Shown here piece after piece: positions 42,501 to 54,648 of a DNA stretch of 64,000 nucleotides. The notes below the pieces were generated by a model that was not told where the DNA came from, made no database searches, and worked only from the letters and a program-made list of their open reading frames with translations. The position numbers were made by a program, and so were the translations under genes. The stretch spans positions 28,148,001 to 28,212,000 of the forward strand of contig CM060731.1 in the NCBI GenBank assembly GCA_030704615.1. The letters are read 5' to 3'. This stretch comes from Takakia lepidozioides (lineage: Eukaryota > Plantae > Bryophyta). The first letter of the stretch is position 1, and every line of letters starts with the position of its first letter.

Positions 42501-44017
42501 GGATCATCCATGCCTACATCATTCATGGCCACACAATAGCAAGTTAGTGCAGGCGAGAAGAAAGTGACAGCCCCCGTTCTCTTCCTTTCGGAATCCTAGT
42601 TGGCTACCTATGAGGAGGCAAGCAGGTTGTAAGGTGCAGCTCAGTCCCTCGGTCAGGAAACAAACCAAGGCAGGCGCAAGACAAGATGTGCAGTTCGAAG
42701 GTAAGGAAAAGTATCAGACCAATCTGTAGGAGACCAGACCCAAATTCATGCCAATACCAGGGGAGATTCAACCAACATCAAATTGTAGAAAATCCCAAGT
42801 GTCAAGCAAATCTGGAGGAACATACGGATAATCCAGCAAATCACACAAGGCATACGGGTCAGAAACAGGCACAGTGGGTGAGGGAGAGCGTCACTACAAC
42901 AGATGAGCATTTTTATGACTGCACATATGATTATTTTTTCAGTCCTATATGCGTTCATGACTATATCACTCTGCAGTGAAAAAAACCCTGTCATAGCGAC
43001 TAGTCTTTAGGACTGCGTTTTGCAAATCATAGCCGTGACTACGTGCGTGGCACCTGGAGTCATGCTGTAGAGAGGATGTAGTCACAACTATATGATTTAT
43101 ATATGACTAACTATATGACTACATGTCTACAAAGTATAACTCCATTGGAGAGGCGTCAGAGAGACATATGTAGCACTCCGGATGTGACACGTGCCCACAT
43201 GGACAACATATATGACCCACACGTGGGAAAGAATATCGTATCATATAATGCCGCGTTGCCATGATGTAGTCATGAGTATATAACTTCATAACTAAAGAGG
43301 TTTTTTAATAATATTTTAATTTAATAAATTAAATCATACAATTATAATATTTAGATTATTAATTGATTTAAATTCTCATTAGGTTTCTAGGAAAATAGAA
43401 TGGAAGCCATTTTTTATTATTTTTATTTTTGTTAACAAAGAGGGACAGTGGGGGACAGTGGCCTCTAGAACTTTATAGGTAATGGACATAAAATGTCCTT
43501 GGATACAAAGAGGAAAAATAACCTCTGGATAGAGTGCCATAGAGGCTGAAAGAGGAAGACACAGCTTCGCGTACCAAGACAAGAAAGAGTAGTAAGAAGG
43601 AAGGCAAGCAAAGAAGGGGGTCTGCATAGAGCTAAAGAGTCTAGCAGGAAAAGAGACTGCAGCCAGAAACTACTGCCATAACTTGGAAACAGAAAGGCAC
43701 CGACCTAAGGAGAAGAACTGAAAATCAGCTAACAATGTCATAAGAAAGCTGGGCCCTAGGCCTAGCCTTCCATTTCCTAAAAGATCTACAGATGGAGAGA
43801 CATCCCTGCAGGGGTCGTGCTCTTCAGCTCAAGACCAACCAATTGATCATCTATCCATGCAGGTTTCTTGTAGCTATCCTTCCACAGGAAATCATATGTA
43901 ATCTGAAGATTGAAATCCGGCCCTCTTGGATGAATCTGGACCCATGCACTCTATTCCTGCTCCTTCAGCTATCCATGCCTCTGCACAAATCATGTATATA
44001 TGTATCATGTATCAGAG

Positions 44018-44020
<3 letters not shown>

Positions 44021-44052
<32 letters not shown>
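44021..44052. repeat. (GA)n microsatellite
   Basis: About 16 GA units. Confidence 0.9.
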
Positions 44053-44055
<3 letters not shown>

Positions 44056-45689
44056 TACCATGTCATATTCCCAATCTCTGGGGGGAGCTTAAGAATACAG
44101 TTCGTAATCAAAAAAGCCCTTTAAAAATATTGGCTTGGTAATTCTTGGGTTCAAATAGCTTAAACAAGTATGTTGTAAGCTCAACAGGTCTTTGAGAAAA
44201 CCATTCCAGCAGGCCTAAGAGTGAGAGCTTTGATGAAAACAATTCCCTATTACAGCTTTAAAAGACTTGTATGTTCCTAAAAGCACAAGCTGAACTGATT
44301 GTACTTCCATAAGTAGATGTAGGGCTATGGTATGTATCCCAGGGCCTTATCCAGTCACTCTGCCAAGTTTTAGAGAGATCCTCAAAAATACCAGTCTGTA
44401 ATCAGGTTATAATCTCCATGGGGGAGCCTGAAAGAATGTATGTGTTCTTAAAAAGGCTTACCCAATGCCTTACTTAATACATTCTAAACTGGTGAGGCAT
44501 AAACAGCACTGTCTGACTCTCCAAAAGGCCAGAAAACAGGTCTGGAAAAATGCATCCAATGTCACACTTGCATCACCAAACCCTTGTCATCACAACCAGC
44601 CCGAACCTTCACAATAAGGTCTGATTTCTAGGAGGCCCAGCCCATTTACTTCCCTGACTTAACAAATTTGGTTACCAAGAACCAGAAATCAAAGTAAAGG
44701 TTTAAGGCATATCCCCCTTGAAGCAGCTTTGAAGCAGAAAATTGCAACAACGGCAGCTTGCAGCATATCTTATCCCTCCTGCAGTAACCAGATCATCTGC
44801 AAGCCAAAGAGTTCATGCCAAGTGAAATCCCTCACTTGCGCCCGTCCCAAAAACAAACACAAAAAATATTTTGTGCGTTAGTGAGGATGCGCGAGGTGAA
44901 TTACAGGATTTCACAGTTGCTATCCATGTCAGGTATGAGCCATAAAGCATGCAAAGATCACAGAACCAGCAGAAGAAAGCATAGATGTGACACCACAAAG
45001 AACCTCAATCTTTTGTGGAGTAGGACGCTGTAGTGTTCATCATCTGAATTTGAACGAGCACAACAAAATGCAACGGGAGGAGAGTTGAGGACAGGTTGTA
45101 TCTTGTAATACAGGCCGCTTCCCCACCTCCATAACCGCCGCTGCTTCATCAATGAGGAAAAAACGTAGGCAAACATAACAGTATGTCATTTTCCATCGCG
45201 GGAGATGAAAGTGTCTACCGTCATCGCGCGTTCAAAAAACAAGAACACACCCGTTCGGATCTTGCTGCTCGGGCATTCAGCCGCCATCGAGCATTCGTCC
45301 GCCATCACCCTCTTCCAGAGAAAAAAAACACGCACGATATTGTGCTGTGTCTAGGGCAGAGAGACACTTAAAGGAAAACCACCCGCGATTTCATCCACTA
45401 TCCGGTATGGATGGTATCAGACCAGGATGAAAAATGGGCATTCAATAGGTTTAAATCAAAGGAGCATAAACCTAAAATGCATTGAAATGCATATCTGCCT
45501 ATAAATCATCCAGTTATGGTTATAACAGAAATTTCATTCAGTATGGATGAAACCTTAAAAATTGGGATTAAAAATATATAGTATTTCCAAAATAAGTATT
45601 ATGGAAAAAAATTGATAATCCCAAACAAGTAGTTGGAGAGAGGGAGAGAGAGGGAGAGAGAGAGAGTCACCGGGGAAGGTGGTCATCAT

Positions 45690-46115
45690 GGTACTCCAAG
45701 ACACCACATCTTGTTCAGCCATGTTGTTGAACACTCCCTTTGCATCCTTGCTACACCTACATTTGGCATACATATTGTCCACCAGGGGAGTGTTCAAAAT
45801 GACATCTGGTACATTTGCAGCTTTGACGATGCAACCATAGACCTTCTGCCCTTTTCCAGGGCTGCCAGGCTTGCACAGCAAACACATACACATGTTATGT
45901 GGTCGAGCTTCAGTATCCCTTCCCTCATAATTTGCTCATAGGTCTCCAAAGCCTCCTCCCACGCCCCTGTTGTGCATACCCTGCAAACATCGCACTCCAT
46001 GACACCACATCTCGTTCAGCCATAGTATTGAACACTCCCTTTGCATCCTCGATGCACCCACATTTGACATACATGTCCACCAAGGCAGGGGCAGTGTTCA
46101 AAATGACATCTGGTA
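45690..46115 (-). pseudogene. PLS-class PPR fragment inside CACTA
   Basis: LVDMYVKCGCIEDAKGVFNTMAERDVVSW, EEALETYEQIMREG and CASLAALEKG. A further piece, DVVSWNAMIAGYAG, lies at about 47090-47190. Confidence 0.88.
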
Positions 46116-47972
46116 ATCTGACAGGTATTCACATTTTTGCCTTGGTTGTCCCACCATTGACTGGGGTCAGAAAAGTATTCATTCCAAAGCTTCTCCTCAT
46201 CTCTGTTACCTCTTTTGGATACTTTCCTGTCATATCAAAATCACTCCAAACTATCCCAGGTTCACTAAACCAACTAACTTGTAGAATTCAACATGGAAAT
46301 TTATGGCCGATTCTGATAAGAGGGAAAAACAGGGTGAAATGTGTTGAAAAACGTGCTTTCATTAGCAGACCATTTTCTCATTAGCAGATTTCCTGTAGCT
46401 ATTGATCCACGGGGAATCAGAACTAATCTTGTGTTTGAAATCCGGCCCTCTTGGATGAACCTGGACCTCTATCCCTGGTCCTTTAGCTACCCCTGTCTGT
46501 GTACAGATCATGAATACTTGCTGCTAGCAGCTGACACTAACGGCGTGAAGTTCTTCCAGCAAACCCCAACCCTAATTATTACAGTAGTTCTAATTCTAAA
46601 TTGCATCTACTTCTCTCTAGTGTAGTCCAACATGCATTCACCTTTTTGTCTCCATTGGCTCGCCATTGACTGGGGTCGGAAAAGTGTTCATTCCAAAGCT
46701 TCTCCTCATCTCTATTACCTGTTTTTGGATACTTTCATGCTACCAAACAGAGCAAAACAGGCTGAAATAGGTCAAAGAAGAAGGTATCCTCACCACATTG
46801 TCCTTTACCTTGTATCATGACCCATAGAGGATTTGACCGACCATCAGCCCAAAAGGACCCCTTGTGTGTGCTGCTTGTATCTGTAGTCAGGTAATGTTGG
46901 ATTGGTATGTGAGATCGAACCACCACGGTGCAGCTGAGCAGGCAGAGATTGAAACACGGCATGCTAAGACCAAGCTGACTCTCCCAAGAACGGCGAGCGT
47001 CTCCTCGTCTCGTCTCTCTCCCAAAAACGGCGAGCTCACAAGAATGTTGGGATCTTCTCCTCGTCTCCTCTCCTCCTCCTCTTTTCCTTCCTGCATCATT
47101 TGCTCAAGAGTAGGAAGGTCTGCAAAGCCTCCATCCCACGCCCCTGCATATCCTGCGATCATCGCGTTCCATGACACAACATCAAATAGATGGTGAAACG
47201 CAGGAGACAAAAAAGCCTAAGTCCCAGCCCGGTGTAAAGTTCGGCAGTGTAATCTTAAACCGTTAGATCTTAAACAATCTAGACCGTTAGATCCTGTAAA
47301 ATCTAACGATTCAAAATAATTTCCATCACATGATCTAACCTTGTACAACCACGTATTTTAATCTCATATATCTTGCGATCCTTGTTAAGCCACGTCCATC
47401 CAGGTCCAATTTATTGAACAAATATCAAATCGACACACCATATAGGCGGATGGATGAACCCATCCATTGAATGAATTCATTAATGTATATGTCTTTTAAA
47501 TGACATGTGTAGTGATGTAGTCATATATATAGAGTTATGAAACAATTTGCAATAAGGGACTCATAAGTTTACATGCCATGTCATCGATGGATAAACTCAT
47601 CCAATGGATGAATACATTCATGTATGTGCTTTCAAAATGACACGTGTAGGGATGTAGTCGTATAAATAGAGCTGTAAAACCATCTTCAGTCATGGAGTCA
47701 CAAGATTCCATGAAACGTCGTCCACGTCTAGTCAAACATATCACACTAGTCATAAAACCATCCTTGTCATCATGGTCAACAATGTTTGACCAATGCTCCC
47801 TAATTTTCCGGAGTCATGTAGTGATATCCATTACTATAAAGTGATAAAACTATGACTGCAACGCATTTCAGCGCTCTGTAGTCGTATACCTAGTGCCGTT
47901 TTTATGACTCCGCCAAATCCGTAGTCCTAAAAACGCTCATCTTTTGTAGTGCGTGCAGCAGGGGAGACTAGA

Positions 47973-50900
47973 TCACTTAAGGTAGTGTAAGGTACAGGGA
48001 TTTTGGATTCTCAAAGCATCTGCATTAACATTATCCTTCCCACGCTTGTAGGAGATGGTAAAGTCATAGCCTTGCAGAATAAGAGCCCACCTAGCTAACC
48101 TGCCAGTGAGTTCACGAGGGATTAGCAAGGCTTTTAAAGGTAAATGATCAATTTCAATTGTAAAATGACAGCCATGTAAATACTGCCTAAAATATTTGAC
48201 TCCAAAGATAACAGCAAGGCCTTCCTTGTCAGTGATAAAGTAATTGCGCTCATGTTTATCAAGGCGGCGAGAGGCGTAGGCAATGGCATGCTCCTGACCA
48301 TCTTGAATCTGGCTCAACACAGCAGAGATAGCTAGATCACTGGCATCAGTTTGCAAGAGAAATGGCAAGGTAAAATCAGGATAGGCAAGCATAGGAGCAG
48401 AAGTGAGTGCATTTTTTAGCTTCTCAAATGCGGACGTTTCAGCAGTGCCCCATACAAAACGAGCATCCTTGGATAACAAGCGAGTGAGGGGAGCAACTAA
48501 CTTGGCAAACTGAAAAATGAAGGGACGATAGTAAGAACCCAAGCCTAAGAAGGTTTTGACGCATGTTTTGTCCCGAGGGACTGGATAGTTCCACACAGCT
48601 TGGATCTTTGCAGGGTCAGGACTGATGCCAGTGGAAAAAAGCAGATGGCCCAAGAAATGGAGCTGTTCCATACAAAAATCACACTTCTTGGCTTTAACCT
48701 GAAGCCCAGCTGCACGAAGTTTGCACACAACCCGCTGTAAATCCAACAGATGAGCATCAAACGTTGTGGAGTAAATGTTGATGTCATCAATATAACTAAG
48801 GCACACTCCCAACGAAGGTTTCCTAAGACTATGTCGATCAATCGCTGAAATGCTGCAAAGGCCAAAAGACATTGTTTCAAATTGGAAGAGATCCATCTTG
48901 CAGGTGAAGGCAATTTTCTCCTTAGCAGCAGCAGTTAAAGGAACTTGCCAAAAGCCAGAGGCTAAATCTAAGGAAGATAAGATAGTGGCCCCATTAAGTT
49001 GATCAAGCGTTTCATTGATTCGTGGCAAAGGGTAAACATCCCGCTTGGTGATGGCATTTAAACGCCAAAAATCAACGCAAAAACGGGTGGAGCCATCATT
49101 CTTACCCACCAAGACAATGGGACTGGCCCAAGGGGATATGGAGGGGGTGAGTACACCAGCATCAAGCATATTTGTAATCTCATCCTGAATGACCTTGCGC
49201 TCACTGACACTCTCCGTGTAGGCACGTTGTTTGATAGGCTTACCATCTGTGATGATGTCATGATCCAGAAGGGTGATGCGGCCCAAATCATGAAGCCCTT
49301 GACTAAAGATGTCGAGATTGTTACGTAGAAACTGGTGCAAGCGATTAATCTGTTGGGGAGCAAGGTGATCACCCACCTTGATATCCTTTAATACTTGCTG
49401 GAAATGTTGCTCTGCCTCAGGAGTAAGCGGGCCCTTGTCAGTGGAACCAGAGTGAGAGGAAAACGCCTGGAGTTGGTCCACGGGGGAGTCCACCAGCCCA
49501 ATATCATGAAGACTAAGACCTTTTTGAACAGAGGTCAGCTTAGACAAAGGAGTAGCAGTGAATCTAGCAAGGACCTGACCCCTACGTATACTGATGCTGA
49601 TGCGTTCAGGATTAGCAAGCAGTAACCTGACTTCACCCTTGAAACCTCGGTCTAAAACCCCAGAAGCAATCAGACAGTGCTTTTGGAGGGTAAGTTTCTT
49701 CCAGCCCTCAATCTCAAGGAAATGACCTGCAGGGCAAGCAAAAGCTAGACATGTAGGTACTATGCGCTGAGAAAAAACAGGGATGATGAAGTCAACAGGA
49801 GAACGTAGCAAAAGGGAATTCTTTGCCACGGGCAGAGGAGGTCCAGACTTCTTACCTCGTTTAGGGAAATGTAATTGGTACAAGGTATCACCAAGTGGGT
49901 GGAACTGGCTGAACCTGGCCCAATTATAATGCAAACCCACCTGCTCCTTCATCTACTCAACTTGGAGCTTGAGACGACAATAGTTGGCCATAGAGGTCCA
50001 AGCAACAATGGTAACATGGTTTAGATTCACCTTGTAAGGTTGCCTTTCACCATTGTGAAGACACATAATGTTATTCATGATGTCAATGCCGGCCTTTGCA
50101 CCCTTCATCCAATCCAGACCCAACAAAACTTGTTCACCCATGGTGACAATGCAGGTCAGCAAGACAGTTTTCCCACTAATGCGGATAGGTAAGGTGACTA
50201 ACCCAATAGGTTCATAAGCCGTGCCATCAGCTATGGTAACCACAAGGCCATGAGCAGAGCCAATCTTTAAATCCAAGGATGCGAACTGTACTAAGTGGAA
50301 TGGCAGACATGGTACAGCCCGTATCAATAAGTTCACATGGCATTGTGTCATCAATGGGTGGATACGGTCCCGACTGACACGTTTATAGGCTTCACAGTGC
50401 ATGAGTTTGAAATCACAAGAAAGAACAACACTTACCAGCGTGTTGGGGTTCTTACCATGGTCATCTGGCACCCTCACAGACGACCTGGTTCGTTTAAAGT
50501 ACCATGCTGTTTCTTATCCCTTTGTAACTGTTCAATCAGGGCAGGCAAGTCAGATTGGTAAGGGCACCACCTGGTGTAATGCTTGATGGACTTGCAAATC
50601 ATGCAAGCCACCACTGAGGTCCTGGTGTCATGACGAATGTCAGCATGGGCTTTACCTTGAGTCCCGGATCTGGAAGAGACTGCAGGGTTCCAGCCTACCT
50701 CAGCCTTGAAGGCTTGCAGTTCTCCCTGGATTTCATTACGAAAGGATGACAACTCATGCACAATGGAAGGGACCAGATCTGCTGCAGTACCTTTCACCCC
50801 AGGGTCCCCATCAGTAGGCTCCACACAGTGACTCTTACTAGCTAGATGAGTGTGTTTCGTGTTGGCAACTTTAGGCAGGCCTCCCTTAGCAGCTTTGAGA

Positions 50901-51340
50901 CGTAACCTTTCTTCAATCTATTCCACCATCTCATCTTCAGTGGTGTAAGACTGTTTTTGCATAAACACTTTCTCAACAGGGGGCAAGCCTTTTACAAAAC
51001 AATGTTTCAAAATAGCAGGCCTCTCTGATGCCACAAACCGATTTACAAATTGCAGTTCGTAAATCAGTGTAGTATTTCCACACAATGTCGCCATAATGAA
51101 ATTTTAAGTCTCGTGTGGTGTAAGCTATGGGCTTTTCTTCACGAAAGTGCTTGCGAGCCAACTCTTTGGCTTCGACCCACGTAAGATCATTTTTGTCTTT
51201 AATGTTGGACTCAAACAGTTGCATGGCCTCTCCCTTGAGATAGATCCGAAATGACTTGACTTGGAATCGTGGGGGAACTCCAAGAAGGTTTATTCACCCT
51301 CCCACGGGCTTGGGCGTTTCCGACACTCGTAAGACCTCGC
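47973..51340 (-). mobile_element. Gypsy element A: gag, zinc knuckle, protease, dUTPase-like, RT, RNase H (degenerate)
   Basis: CMICKSIKHYTRWC, VLLGLDWM, SPWASPIVLV, RFCVD, YPLPRI, YIDD, TDASD and NADAL. Its integrase lies beyond the CACTA insertion. Confidence 0.92.
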
Positions 51341-51344
51341 CACC

Positions 51345-52731
51345 ATACTCCATCGATCTCGCAGATGGTGAAGTTCTCACGTCCCTCCCAACTCCCCAGT
51401 TGAAGAGGAACATCAAACGCCAACCTTGTCGCCAATTGCGGTTCTCCTTTGGCAGAACGCACCTCAATAGAGGCCCCCACGTCACTTGTCGGGAGTCCCA
51501 GCTTTTGTGCCGTTGCCGGTGTCATGAAGGAGTGCGACGCTCCTGTGTCCACCAACAACGACACGTTAGTTCCGGATATTATCCCATCCACGAACAATAA
51601 CTGACTCCCTTTACGTAAGGCGCCAGTTTCATGATACAACTCACAAGAAAATTTGCCTACCTTGCAAGTCCTGGCGACCACCGCTTCCACCAAGCGACTG
51701 ATGGTATCTTTCGACAGCTCTATGGTCGCCCGGGTCATGTTCAATTGTCGGGGCTTCGTGCACTTCATGGCCATGTGCCCGGGCTCCCCGCAATTGAAAC
51801 ACACTCCATCAAAGGTCGCCTTCTGTCCGCCATAGGCCGCTCCACCCGCATTTCCTTTTGAAGCACCGGGTGCCGCCTTGACTTGTGAAGGCCCTCCCTT
51901 CGATTTCCACGTGCCATTGTCGCCGCGTGGCCTATCCCACTTCTTTTCCGGTCGGAAGGAGTCACCTTCCCGCCGGGTCTTCTTGTGGTTCAGCTCCGTA
52001 CGGCCTTGTCTTTCACCCTTAGGGACATCCGAGAAACATTCAGCCCTCTCAATTTCCTCGTTCAAAGTCTTAGGTGGCTTCTCCTCCAACTTCCGTCTGG
52101 CCCATGGGGCCAGTCCCGCCACAAAGTTGAAGACCATTTCTGGTTCTGCCATGTCTGCGACTTCGAGCAACAGCACATTGAAAGCCTGGACATATCCCCG
52201 AATGTCATCTGTTTGCTTCAAATTCCTCATCTTGTCCCGAGCGAGCCAGGACGCGTTGAGGGGCACAAACTGCCTCTTCATCAATTCCTTGAACCCACTC
52301 CAGTTCAAGGTTTCCGGGCTTGGACCTCGGTCGTGAAGGCGTTTCTGCCACCATTGTTGAGCATAGCCCCTCAAATAGGTGGGAGCCACTTCCACCCGAT
52401 CCTCGTCACTCAACTTGGCCGACCGGAAGTACTGCTCTAGCTCCAAGAGCCAGGTGTTGAGTGCCTTCCGATTTCGGACGCCCTCGAAGGTGCCGGGTTC
52501 CTTAGGCTTCACCTTAAACTTTGCCTTAGTGGAAGTGGCATTAGCCGCCTTCAACACGTCTTTCAACGTCCCGCCAAATTGCGCCAACAACCCTTCCCAA
52601 AAGGCTGCCGGCATGGGAGGCATCTGTTGGTCGGTCGGAGCTCTCAGGGATTCCTCAGGCTACTTAGCAACACCAGCAGGAAGAGTGTCCTTCCGCCTCA
52701 CCAGGTACAAAGCTTCGAACACCCGTGTCTG
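51345..52731 (-). mobile_element. Gypsy element B fragment: gag, zinc knuckle, aspartic protease
   Basis: ORF from 52623 with a retrotransposon gag (YLRGYAQQWW), CFNCGEPGHMAMKC and LVDTGASHSFM. Truncated at about 51345; no LTR seen. Confidence 0.9.
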
Positions 52732-54025
52732 TCAATAATCACGAAGAGAGCATGAGACAGAAGACATAACCCACCATTTTGATTTACCGAAAAACCACGA
52801 AACATGAATTGAAAGGAACCAACTCACTTTCTGCCCCGGGAACTCGCCCTTCGTAAGAGGCAGAGTATTGATGCATGTCCAAGTTTTGATGACACGAAAC
52901 CCGGAAGTTTTCATGTAGCTGAAAAGAGTTCTTCGAGCCGACATGTCCTTTGACTGCATGAGAAGAAGAGCCCCTGAGTCCGAAAGGAACTTGTTGCTGA
53001 ACGAGAAAGCCCACTGCCAGTAATGAGAATCCGATTTGTTCCAAGTCGGGGTCGAATTGGAAGGAAACACATCAGGGACAGGAAAACCGTCAGGAATGTC
53101 CAGCACCACAAGGTCAGTCGCGTATGCCTGCTGAACTCCATTCACCCATTCCGGACTTTTTGTGACCTACAGCCAAAAACATGAGACAGTGTAAGAAGCC
53201 CAATCCAAATCTAACAGGAGATCAATCCCCTGGACAAGCCACAACAAGCTGCCAAAACACAATTATTCATACAACAGTTTAGACATAAGTGTTTACCTGA
53301 GTGAGGAACGAAACAAGCATGTCCCATGATTTCGAGGGCACCCCTTTGAATGTGGACTTCCTGGACTCCATCATTGCAAGAAAACTTTCATTCAGCACCT
53401 TACGATTGAACTGGCCCAAAACCCTGGAGGGATGTTCTCTCGCCTCGAAAACTTGCTCCCTTGACTTTGATGTTCTCCTATCCCTCCTTGCGGGAGAAGG
53501 CTGTCTTTCAGGAACCTCTGACGGTCCCTGTCCTTGCGGAGCTGCACTTTTCCCCTTCCCTTCGGATCCCCGACAATCTTCCCCTTTCGTTTGGAGTAGC
53601 AGTTTTCTTGGGCTCTTTTGCAGCCAGAGCCGAAATGATTCTGTCCTGGATGTCTTTGTCAGCCAATGGGGCAATCGCTGCGGCATTGTCGTTCAGGTTT
53701 CTCAAAACAACTTCATCGAATGGAGTGTCCTGTTTTGGCAGGTTGAGGTACCACCCACAGTCTCGGAAGTGCGCCCTGCTCCAGTCTGTGGCAATACCAG
53801 CCGTGTACATTGTCTTGTCATTGGAGGGGTCAGCCCATGAATAGATGAAGTCTGGGTCATCGCTAAGGTACTTTCCCGGTATGAGGATATGATACATATA
53901 CCTGAATCACACACAAAAAACCCAGACAGTCATTCGATCAGAAAACGAAAAAGAACACACATCCGGAAAAAGATATTGAAATGCAGGAAGGCAACGCTGA
54001 GAAATCTACTTTTGAAATCCCGAAT

Positions 54026-54648
54026 CAACCTTGCGTTGACGCAATGTTCATTCGAGCAGAAATGGGGAACACCAAATGATAATGTTGTATTGATAGAGAC
54101 AACGACTGAGAAGCGCAATTCAACATTGCTTCAATGCAAGGTTGTTTTCATTCAGAGAGGAAATGGAAAACACTGCCTGAAAACTACCATCTGACTATGT
54201 ACTGGTGCGGATATTCAACATTGCGTTGGCGCAATGTTGAAATCCTCTGTTGAAACACATGTCAATGCTATCTGATAATCATAAGTTTCCTACAATTGTA
54301 TGGAAATCGGGGGATGGCTGCGGGAAATTTCCAGCAATCCATACCGCCAAACAACCTTGCGTCAACGCAAGTCTGATTGTTGGTACAGTGAAAGCTGTAA
54401 ATAGCATTTCAAACCGACTCCAAACAGTCTTATGTTCATCTTGGCAGCATTGGAACTGGATTTGAACTGCTTAAAACCACAGGAAAAGCTACATAGCCTG
54501 CCACTTCATCAACCTTGCGTTGATGCAAGGCTGATTTTCCTGTCAGTTTATCCCCTTTCACATTCAGAAAAACGGCATTATGGGATACCCAGGTATAGGT
54601 AAGTGAAACCAGGACAATGGGAAACAACCTTGCGTTAACGCAATGTTG
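54026..54648. repeat. intronic array of six 24-bp palindromes (CAACCTTGCGT-NN-ACGCAAGGTTG)
   Basis: Copies start at 54026, 54121, 54216, 54352, 54510 and 54625, separated by unrelated spacers. Confidence 0.92.

Larger units (their letters stand above)
43835..46900 (-). pseudogene. OSB-like (organellar ssDNA-binding) PDF-motif exons inside CACTA
   Basis: EKLWNEHFSDPSQW (~46700), VHPRGPDFKHK (~46450), EKLWNEYFSDPSQWWDN (~46170) and IHPRGPDF..LWKD..PAWIDDQL (~43900). Confidence 0.7.
42892..47951. mobile_element. non-autonomous CACTA element carrying captured gene fragments
   Basis: TIRs CACTACAACAGATGAGCATTTTTATGACT and CACTACAAAAGATGAGCGTTTTTAGGACT (reverse complement), 3-bp TSD CGT and subterminal ATGACT/AGTCAT repeats. 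It splits a Gypsy pol between RNase H and integrase. Confidence 0.93.
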
